From Amoeboaphelidium occidentale (taxonomy: Eukaryota), in the NCBI GenBank assembly GCA_023515795.1, contig JALGPX010000040.1:60867-80866 (forward strand): 20,000 nucleotides of DNA, in the 5' to 3' direction. The notes beneath the pieces were generated by a model, which saw only the letters and a list, made by a program, of their open reading frames with translations, was not told where the DNA came from and searched no databases. Made by a program: the position numbers and the translations under genes. This document shows positions 10,101 through 18,145 of the stretch, one piece after another (position 1 is the first letter of the stretch; each line of letters starts with the position of its first letter).

Positions 10101-10828
10101 CGGACTTGCAAACAGTGGTGAATTCGGTTCTCGGCATTTCGAAACACGCTGCTTTCTTGATCAAAAACTCCGCACTCGCACAAGTGATGAAGATAACTTC
10201 GGGTGGCGGTGGAGAGCTGTTCACCGCTAAAGTAATGGATCCCGGATTAATCAAAAAGGTGGGTGAAACGGTTATACAGAAAGTGGTTTTCATAAAGAAC
10301 AAGGCGAATGAAGAAGCATTCTATCAGGAGGTTGGAATCATGATTATGCTGTCCACATATCCTCATTTCTGTCAAATCATTGGTTACACAGAGAATCCAC
10401 TCTCAATGATACTGAAATATTACCCAGATGGTTCTTTGTCTGACTGGTTGCGCAAGAGCAGAATAAGCGAAACGGCAGCTGTGATTGTTTTGAGAGAAAT
10501 CGCCGAGGCCTTAAATGTTATGCATACGCACTACTTGGCACACTGCGATATCAAGCCTCAAAACGTTTTAATTGAAGAAGTTGATGGAGTGCCTTCATGC
10601 TTTTTGACTGACTTTGGTATCACTCAAGTTCTTTCCGACAAAATCGTTGCATCCAGCATGTTTAACGTTATCAATTTAAGAGGCTTATCTGTTAGTTACG
10701 CTTCTCCTGAAGCTTTCAGAAATTTTAAAACGAAGAAATACGCAAGCGTTGATTTCAAGAAGTATGATATCTATTCCCTTGGTATGACAATGTATGAAAT
10801 TATAGCTAAACGCGCACCATGGAGGTAA
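7106..10828 (+). CDS. WD40-ectodomain receptor-like Ser/Thr kinase, copy 3; exons 7106-7568, 7604-8338, 8374-8613, 8649-10828 (3618 nt, 1205 aa)
   Basis: Signal peptide MNRNIIKLCASLLFVLLYTPVTS followed by LEHEKSFLLQD. Three 35-nt GT-AG introns join ORFs 7106, 7630, 8388 and 8657 in frame. Many GH...FSGS.D.T...W WD40 repeats; TM at about 9956-10027 followed by KRTKIK; kinase motifs ITSGGGGEL, VIQK, HCDIKPQN (HCD 10541-10549), DFG, YASPE, DIYSLG; ends RAPWR*. Confidence 0.93.
7569..7603 (+). other. Spliceosomal intron, 35 nt, phase 1 (copy 3 intron 1)
   Basis: GTAAGT...TTTTTAAG; restores the frame into ORF 7630. Confidence 0.88.
8339..8373 (+). other. Spliceosomal intron, 35 nt, phase 1 (copy 3 intron 2)
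   Basis: GTAAAT...ACTAAT...ATATAG; splicing recreates the WD40 GH dipeptide (LDG|HSNTV). Confidence 0.9.
8614..8648 (+). other. Spliceosomal intron, 35 nt, phase 1 (copy 3 intron 3)
   Basis: GTAAGA...TTTAAC...CCTAG; restores the frame into ORF 8657. Confidence 0.9.
10277..10772 (+). repeat. 496-bp block identical to 5426-5921 (kinase core of copy 3)
   Basis: Direct by-eye nucleotide comparison; the proteins are identical from GETVIQK to KKYDI. Confidence 0.9.
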
Positions 10829-11599
10829 AAAATAGAAGCATTTAATGCTCGATGGATTCTTTTGCCCGATGGACTCTTTTAAGAGGACAGAGGGTGTAAA
10901 GAACTCTGTTCACATTTTTTAAGGGCACGAATGGCGGGATTCTATTGTCCGATTTTGTAATTGGTGTTAAACTTTAAGGTTATGTATAGATATCCTACTT
11001 ATCATATGGAAACTATATCTGTTACATCCTTAGATAGATATATTAGTGACTTCTTGTCTTCCTATAAACAATTATCTTTCGTCTTGACGTTTCAAGTAGC
11101 GCGGCGTGAAGGACGTAGAATATTATGCGCAATATTAACTAGAGCTGTTGTTTTTTTACATTTAAAAGTTACTGCTGATATCAAATCGTCCGTGTTCTCT
11201 CAAGTAGTGATCATCAATCTTTGCCTACCGCATTGTACGTTTTGGTTGCGGTTTACTTAAGAGTTACTTGGAGTCATGTTTCAGCTGTGGGACTTCTAAG
11301 CAACATCAGCTCTATTGAGCTCCCTGGCTACGCGGTATTATAGAATGAAAGCGATGATCTTTGAGATCCAAAATAATGGCTGATTTTGGAACATGAAGTT
11401 ACAATTATGCGCCAGTTTTACTTACTATGCAGGTCTCTTTCGTTATGGTGATATAAGCCTTTCTTCCCGCGATGGTTGAAGCACCCCGCGATAATCTCGT
11501 GGCGATACTTTGACTGAAACAACAAGCTGTGGCGCGTCTCAAACTCCATTCTTTTCTCGAGAAAGCAAAACAAGCACAGGTCCTCCTCACATAGAAAGA

Positions 11600-12868
11600 A
11601 TGAATAATCTGAGCCTTCCGGTGGAAATTATTCGAGAAATTGCACACAAGCTTTACTTCGATGAGCTGCTGCATTTTCAGAATTCAAGCGTTGTATTGGA
11701 TGAACTTACTTCCGATGTTTCATTCTACGCAAGATACTTTCCAGAGAGAAATTCGACGAGGTCTATAGAGCTGGTCCACTTTTATCGGGAACTGATACCA
11801 AACTGGAAAGATGTTGTGAAATGGCTTTACGATGATATTGATGAAAGCACTCATTTCTTTTACAGGAATGCACACAAAGAGTATCGTGACCCAACATGGT
11901 ACGTGCCACCTACAACCGGCTGCGGGTATGAACGCCTTGGCTTCGAAATGGCGGACGTTTGTTTTGGGATTTTTATAGACTTGTGCGAACTTCCTTTCTA
12001 TAACAAGCTAGAAGAGGTGCAAGATATAATCACCGAAACGACTAAAGATCGTCCCGAATTAATTCGATCTGAACGTTGGCACTATTTTGTTGATATTCTT
12101 TACTCTGACTTTGAGAATTATTTGCAGCACGACGATTACAGAATCAAAAATCTAGACGACGTAGAGTTTTGGCTTGAAACATTGGATTTTGCTCATAGTA
12201 AAGGATATTCATGTTTTCATCAATCAATATTGAAGTATATAATATTTGGAATAATGAGGAATATCGCTGCGGGTTTAATTACGTTCGATAAATCTGAAGA
12301 ATATCTTCGAACCGCAATATCGCAAATACAACGCTTTGACCGAATCGGACAGGAGTTTTGTTTCTTTGAAGATGTAACACCTAGAAGCTTTCCAGCCTTG
12401 GAAAAAGCTTATCAGCTTCTACTCAAAGAGATAATAGGCAAAAGACGATCCAACTGTGAGAAATTCTTTGGACACTTTGTGGAAACCCATATCATTTCAT
12501 TGGCTGATTTCGTAATCAGGCAAGAATCACCTGATGATTTACTGAATATATTTAAGGACTGTCTCAAGTGGCGATTTATTCTGTCTGGCTTCGACATGAG
12601 AAGAATCAGGAATGTTGAACTTCAAAAAATATGCATCGTTGACGAAACAGTACGAGATATTTTTTATCCGAACAGTTTCTTTCCTGATGGCGATTGTCTG
12701 AAAGATATTACTGAAAGGCTTTCGCACGGTTGCTCAATCAATTTCAGGAAGGCTTGCGAAAGGATTCTGTTTTCTAATCAGAATGTTAGTGAAACTAATG
12801 AACTTTTAATTGCAGGAAGAGGCGCTTTTATCAAAAGGGCGGAGAAAAAATTAGGGCAGTCGACCTAA
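11600..12868 (+). CDS. F-box-like protein A (422 aa), N-terminal F-box plus uncharacterised, probably helical C-terminal region; intronless
   Basis: First ATG at 11600 gives MNNLSLPVEIIREIAHKLYFDELLHFQNSS, matching the F-box pattern L..LP.EI...I...L...(D/E)L. It is a full-length paralog of 15782-17339 (shared GC..ERxG, SDF..Y....Y.IK, LLKEIIGKRR, KWRF, FS/CS.NF.KACER). Confidence 0.8.
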   Translation: MNNLSLPVEIIREIAHKLYFDELLHFQNSSVVLDELTSDVSFYARYFPERNSTRSIELVHFYRELIPNWKDVVKWLYDDIDESTHFFYRNAHKEYRDPTWYVPPTTGCGYERLGFEMADVCFGIFIDLCELPFYNKLEEVQDIITETTKDRPELIRSERWHYFVDILYSDFENYLQHDDYRIKNLDDVEFWLETLDFAHSKGYSCFHQSILKYIIFGIMRNIAAGLITFDKSEEYLRTAISQIQRFDRIGQEFCFFEDVTPRSFPALEKAYQLLLKEIIGKRRSNCEKFFGHFVETHIISLADFVIRQESPDDLLNIFKDCLKWRFILSGFDMRRIRNVELQKICIVDETVRDIFYPNSFFPDGDCLKDITERLSHGCSINFRKACERILFSNQNVSETNELLIAGRGAFIKRAEKKLGQST

Positions 12869-13228
12869 GATCTGAAAACGCCGCGCTTAAGAAGTGGAAT
12901 CATCGATATATCAACAGAGGATGAATTGCTAATCGCAAAATTAAATTATTTCATGCATTATCTAAATGTAAGATACTTTCGCGACTTTTTTCGGATACCG
13001 AAACAGTGAATAGAGCGGTGATTGATTTATGATGACTGTGACTCAGTTGCTGATTTTTATATTTCCAAGATAATCACAAAAGAAAATCTGAAATACACCG
13101 TAATGAAAGGTGAAACTGACCTAGAAGATATTTCCGACGAAGAAGTTCAGCAACAATCGCGTAAAAGTATCATTCTCCATCATCGTCGGGTTTTATTCAT
13201 CTTAGAGCATAAAATCACCATTCCTGTC

Positions 13229-15580
13229 ATGCTTTGGATAAAATACGAGAATTACGATGAGGTCGAAGTCCCAACTAAGGATTGTAAACATATAACTAAT
13301 TTAAAAGATGTTATTATTAAAACGTTGGAGCTGGGAATATCTGCGGGGGACCTCAATATCTTGATCGAAAACAAAATAACGGAATCATTACGACCTGATA
13401 TGACTTTGGAAAAATTGGTAGAAGAGCATGAGATTAATCAGAACAGCTTATTGATCGCAAGGGTTATTCCGGGAATCATTTGTCTGAAAGGACCGTATCT
13501 GAGTATGGACAAAGATGCATTGTTAGAATTCTTGGAAAAACAGATGAAAGATCCAAAGAAATTCAATTGCGCTCCAAGAACTTTGACAGAGAATGATTTG
13601 AAGTTCAAATTATGCGGAAGAGAAAGAGCAATCGCAAGGGCTGCTAAAGTGTACTCAAATTTCAACAATCGAAGTTGGACCATATTAAATCGTTGCCGAG
13701 CTATCCCTGTTTGTTCCGGTCTGTCTGGGACCGGGAAAACAAGAATGTTGGAAGAATGGGAACGAATATTTGATAAGGCTGGAATTGGTCCTCACAGACT
13801 TGGAATTATAGTTCCGTATGATAAGGAATTTGATGTTACTCCTGTGGAAAATTTACTGAAGATTGAAGCTTCACTTGCCTGGAGGTTGCTTTATCGCTGT
13901 TTCCTGCACGGAAATTCTTCTGATTTCAAGACATGGATGGACACTCGTTTACCATACAATGCTAATGATTTGCATCTTGATTTGGCGTTAAGGGCTATAA
14001 GAACGAAATGGGGCCAATTGAATCGTTCCGTACAAAACCAAGTGCTTCACATCTTTGTTGGCATTGACGGATATGATAATGTCAAAAAAATCATCCACCC
14101 TAAAAGCCCAAATTTTAATCGTCAATTAGAGGATTTGATGGCCGCTATTGGTCACGCCCTTGAAAATGCAGAAGGAGATTACAAGACATATCCCATGATG
14201 ACTGGGCGATATCGTCATATCAGTTCAAAGATTCTTAGTCATCTTGTGTATATATTCATTTTGCCGATGCATCTTTTGAGTTATGCTGATGTGGAGGATG
14301 TAATAGGATCTGTCGAGAAAGGAGATGAATTGCTTCAATACGCGCATGCTCGTAAAAACTTCCTTTGTCTCGGAGGAGTACCTGGATGGATTGTTCATTT
14401 TGTGTCCAGACTTCTTGAAACTTTAAATCGAAAAGGTGTATTGACCGAGAAAGTAATCAACGAGGCTTTTACTGAAATTGAGGCACATTTAAATACTATT
14501 TGGGACGAATCTATGGATACAAAAAATCTAATTAAACTCGCCGCATACTCTATTTCTGGTGTCATTGTGGCCTTGAAAGACACTCCTATTGCTGGTATTA
14601 GCTGGTCAGTTTTGCGAGACCAGTCTTTGTGTATTTTGGATGAATATGATAGGGTGATTGTTCCGTTTACAATTTTCCGTCGGGTTGCCAAGATTGATTT
14701 GAAAGCAATTGAAAGCAAAAAATCTAAGTATTTCGTTAAATGCATCAAAGAATTTATTGAACATGTCGATGACATTATCTTTGATGTAGAGCCTTGGAAT
14801 CTGTGGAAAACGTTTGGAGCATACTTTCATGCATTACGTATCAACTCATTGCTCGTTATTGGAAGAAAAACAGCAAGCGTGCATTCATTGTTTAATGAGG
14901 CGTGCATTAATCTTTCATTCAATGAAGATTTGGTCCTAAATCCAACATCTGTCGTTCATTGCATGGAAGGTACAAGTGCTATCTCTTCTGCAGAAGTGAA
15001 AGTGAAAGACAGTGCCACAGAAAAACACAATTGGATTGAAGAAAATATAATAGTGATAAGCGGAAATGCAGCAAATGGCCCTGATGTATTCTTTTCAATG
15101 GAGACTACAAATGGTAGGACAGTTGTGTTTTTAGATCAACGTATAAAATTTCTTGGATTTGAAATAGGTCTTCAAGCTATCGAGTCCGTTGTAAGAGAAG
15201 CTCGTTTGGACTTGGAATTTCTGCCCGCGGAAAGCTTTGTCATACCGTGCTTGTTCAATTGTACTATTAAAGCCTTTTTTTGGAGCGAGAATCTACCGGT
15301 GAATAGTATCGCTTTTAGATCTGAGGGTCTCGAGTGTTATTACGGATCCTTATATACACATCCGTCGGCAGTACCTTATGTTGATATTAATCATGCTCCT
15401 TGCTCTTACATCAATATGCTCTTAGACGGCACAAAAGACAAAGTTGAAGAAGTTGCGAAGGCAATCACTTCAAAGCGAGACTTCACAGATTTGAATGAAC
15501 TGGAAATATTCATTAAGAGGACCAGCGAGAAAGTTACTTTGAAACACGATCTGAGGAATTTTATAGTATTTCAAAAATAA
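13229..15580 (+). CDS. Crinkler (CRN/RHS)-like effector: Ubl-like header + P-loop NTPase + restriction-endonuclease-like domain + C-terminal HhH (783 aa from ATG 13229; upstream in-frame ATG at 13103 possible)
   Basis: N-terminus MLWIKYENYDEVEVPTKDCKHITNLKDVIIKTL...LRPDMTL resembles CRN headers. Also GRE..I motif, Walker A GLSGTGKT (13718-13741), Walker-B-like IFVGIDG (14051-14071), GGVPG, N..GPDVFF...VFLDQRIK (15080-15148), and a ComEA-like VDINHA...VAKAITSKRDFTDLNEL tail. Family call is by motif recognition, not a search. Confidence 0.75.
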   Translation: MLWIKYENYDEVEVPTKDCKHITNLKDVIIKTLELGISAGDLNILIENKITESLRPDMTLEKLVEEHEINQNSLLIARVIPGIICLKGPYLSMDKDALLEFLEKQMKDPKKFNCAPRTLTENDLKFKLCGRERAIARAAKVYSNFNNRSWTILNRCRAIPVCSGLSGTGKTRMLEEWERIFDKAGIGPHRLGIIVPYDKEFDVTPVENLLKIEASLAWRLLYRCFLHGNSSDFKTWMDTRLPYNANDLHLDLALRAIRTKWGQLNRSVQNQVLHIFVGIDGYDNVKKIIHPKSPNFNRQLEDLMAAIGHALENAEGDYKTYPMMTGRYRHISSKILSHLVYIFILPMHLLSYADVEDVIGSVEKGDELLQYAHARKNFLCLGGVPGWIVHFVSRLLETLNRKGVLTEKVINEAFTEIEAHLNTIWDESMDTKNLIKLAAYSISGVIVALKDTPIAGISWSVLRDQSLCILDEYDRVIVPFTIFRRVAKIDLKAIESKKSKYFVKCIKEFIEHVDDIIFDVEPWNLWKTFGAYFHALRINSLLVIGRKTASVHSLFNEACINLSFNEDLVLNPTSVVHCMEGTSAISSAEVKVKDSATEKHNWIEENIIVISGNAANGPDVFFSMETTNGRTVVFLDQRIKFLGFEIGLQAIESVVREARLDLEFLPAESFVIPCLFNCTIKAFFWSENLPVNSIAFRSEGLECYYGSLYTHPSAVPYVDINHAPCSYINMLLDGTKDKVEEVAKAITSKRDFTDLNELEIFIKRTSEKVTLKHDLRNFIVFQK

Positions 15581-15781
15581 AGGACCGTTATAAAGGTTTT
15601 CTGGACTTATCTTGGTCTAATGATAAGAATCAGTCATTTTATCATCCCTGATAATTAACGGATGTAGTTAATACCGGCTGTAATTTGTTTTTGACTTAGT
15701 GGTTGTTTGATGCGAATCATCATAAAATTGAATGACTCATCCCTATCGAGCGATTCTCTTCTTTAAGCCGAAACTGAGAAA

Positions 15782-17339
15782 ATGGCCCTCTTGAGTCTTC
15801 CTCCGGAGATAATTGGGGCAATTGCAAAGAGTCTTGACTTTGAGGATTTGCGCCGCTGTCAGGAATCAAGCGCAGTAATTAAAAAAATAACATCGGACAT
15901 TTCATTCTATTACAACTATTTTAAACAATACCTGAATTCTAGCGCTATTCGACAAGTCTACTACAGTCGCAAGCATATACCGCTTTGGAAAGATGTTATC
16001 TCGAGATTGTACCATGATAAGAATGAATTTACCAAACTATTCTATGAGAAAGGGGAAAGCGAACTTCATGAATGTATGCTGTTAAATTTTCCCGTTTCCG
16101 GATGCGAAAAAGAAAGGTTTGGGTGTGGGCTGGGCAAAATATTTTCGGAGTTTTACCGGAAACTACATGATTCTCGCAAAACAAACACCATTGAATTTGT
16201 CAAAGAAGAAGTTTTAAAACTAAGNNNNNNNNNNNNNNNNNNNNNGAAAAAGAAAGGTTTGGGTGTGGACTGGGCAAAATATTTTCGTAGTTTTACCGGA
16301 AACTACATGATTCTCGCAAAACAAACACCATTGAATTTGTCAAAGAAGAAGTTTTAAAACTAAGAGTGGATAATCATGATTTTGCAAATACTGAACAGTG
16401 GAATTCTTTTGAAGATTTTTTCTTCTCCGACTTTAAGGACTATATGAGTAGAAACCGTTATTCTATCAAAACTGTAGAAAATTTAGAGAACTGGATAGAA
16501 TTNNNNNNNNNNNNNNNNNNNNTGATTTTGCAAATACTGAACAGTGGAATTCTTTTGAAGATTTTTTCTTTTCCGACTTTAAGGACTATATGAGTAGAAA
16601 CCGTTATTCTATCAAAACTGTAGAAAATTTAGAGAACTGGATAGAATTATTACAGTTTGCGAAGACCAACAATTATTTACGATTTCAGAAAGCATTAGTG
16701 CATCACATGATTACTTACATTTTTAAAAAAGTTGCAACGGGTGTAATGGATTACGACAAAGTTGTTGACCATCTGATTTATTTGATATCACAATTACAAA
16801 ACACGGTAAATGTCGGAATCGTCGGTAGAGAAGTTGAAAATGCGACACATGAAACAGTCTTGGATCTTGCTAAATTATACAATGTTCTACTGAAAGAAAT
16901 AATTGGGAAAAGAAGAAACACTTATGCTAAGTTTTTTGACTACTTTATATCCACTTTAGTCGAATATCTGTCTTATAAAGTAGTTCAAGATGAGTCTGTT
17001 ACAGTTTGGTTAGATATTTTAATGTCTTCTCATAAATGGAGATTTGTCATTCCGGGCGCAGAATGGAAGTATAAAATCAAACTTATCGATATGTTTATCT
17101 TGTGTCTTGTGGATCCAACAATTCGGGAAAGTTTCTGTGACAAACAATTTGTCCCCGATGTTCGTTTTTTAAGGGCCCTTGAGAGCTGTTTTGAAAGAAA
17201 TTTCTCATTAAATTTCAAAAAAGCTTGTGAGCGGTATTTGTGGTCGAGCGACGAACTTTACAGCAATGAAGAACTTATAGAACTCGCGAGAGAACATTAC
17301 CCTGAAGTGGCTGAAAAAATATCGAGGAGGCCTGTCTGA
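15782..17339 (+). CDS. F-box-like protein B (about 423 aa after removing two gap-associated duplications); paralog of F-box A
   Basis: MALLSLPPEIIGAIAKSLDFEDLRRCQESS F-box motif. Deleting 16225-16364 and 16503-16648 leaves 1272 nt in one frame, collinear with F-box A (422 aa). Confidence 0.8.
16106..16364. repeat. 119-bp duplication across a 21-N gap (16106-16224 / 16246-16364); assembly artefact
   Basis: Near-identical copies (2 mismatches near the start of the second copy) on either side of N16225-16245. Confidence 0.88.
16377..16648. repeat. 126-bp duplication across a 20-N gap (16377-16502 / 16523-16648); assembly artefact
   Basis: Near-identical copies (1 mismatch) on either side of N16503-16522. 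Confidence 0.88.
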
Positions 17340-17710
17340 AATTTGTGCTACATACGGCACGTCTAGAATTATAAAATAGAAAGATCCTGAAACTGTACCA
17401 CCGCTTTAGTTTTGGGTTGGTTTAGGTGCGTATAGATGTCTATTGAATGCTTAAACATTATGAATAAGTGCCAACTGCAACATTGCTGCGAACACGATGG
17501 CCGTCCTTGGTCCGGTTCACCATATCGGGCCTGTTGAGAGTGATTGAATCCCGACCTCCGCCATGATTACCATGACATGAAACAGCTCCTAAACTGCACA
17601 ACCTTAAACAAACAATGACATAACAGTATCTGAAACTGTGTCCATTAACTATGAGTTTTTAAGCACAGCAAGAATTAATCATAATAAAGTAACAATTCTT
17701 AATTTAAACG

Positions 17711-17968
17711 ATTGTTGCTGCACGCATGTTCAATATTATCAACTTGAGAGGTTTGTCCGTTAATTTTTCAACCCCTGAAGCCTTTATTGCTTTCAGGGAT
17801 AAAATTTACATCGGAGTCGATTACAACAAATATGACATGTACTCCTTCGCTTGCGTGACATATGAAGTTTTAGTCAAGAAGTTTCCGTGGTTGTACTCAG
17901 ATGTCTTAAATGAAATAGATCATGAATACGGTCTGAATGAATTCTCTATGCAAGATTTTGTGAGGTGA
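17711..17968 (+). pseudogene. Orphan 3' fragment of a receptor-kinase paralog (activation segment to subdomain IX)
   Basis: IVAARMFNIINLRGLSVNFSTPEAF...KYDMYSFACVTYEVLVKKFPW aligns with IVASSMFNVINLRGLSVSYASPEAF...KYDIFSFGCVTFDIVEKKTPW. No HCD/DFG or N-lobe upstream, and there is an in-frame TAA just 5' of it. Confidence 0.85.
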
Positions 17969-18145
17969 ATTTAGCAGCGACACTCATCTGTCGATAGATC
18001 GTGATAGTTCAATCACAGTTGAACCTGGTTCCACATTAAATAACTTCACTCATTACCGATATCAATTTCGACGATATTCTGCTGATATTCTTAGCGGTTG
18101 TGATAGCGACAATCCGTAGCAAATCTCAAACTTGTTCAAACAATC

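Noticed and set aside
2260..10828. Fragmented WD40 ORFs as separate genes, programmed frameshifts or TAR-to-Gln recoding
   Set aside because: Every break is explained by a canonical GT-AG intron at a position shared between paralogs; long exons contain no in-frame TAA/TAG, and genes end in TAA or TGA.
10825..10883. Possible intron GTAAAA...TTTTAAG extending the copy 3 kinase
   Set aside because: It would be 59 nt (local introns are 31-35 nt), it leads to a stop within a few codons, and copies 1 and 2 have no equivalent donor.
10960..11549. Possible spliced minus-strand gene (ATG 11549, MEFETRHSLLFQSKYRHEIIAGCFNHRGKK..., GTAAGT donor at 11425, further intron-like stretches)
   Set aside because: I could not assemble a consistent stop-free exon chain; at best a relic. 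The plus-strand 99-aa ORF 10961-11260 is also unsupported.
11510..11599. TTG-initiated N-terminal extension of F-box A
   Set aside because: Eukaryotic gene; the first ATG (11600) aligns with the start of paralog B.
16106..16648. F-box B as a three-piece pseudogene or a real internal tandem repeat
   Set aside because: Both duplications straddle N-gaps, and removing them gives a 423-aa ORF matching the 422-aa paralog. The TAG created in the second 119-bp copy lies near a contig end and is absent from the first copy.
492..17218. Short minus-strand and alternate-frame ORFs nested in the long genes
   Set aside because: Shadow ORFs of well-supported plus-strand coding regions, with no independent motifs.
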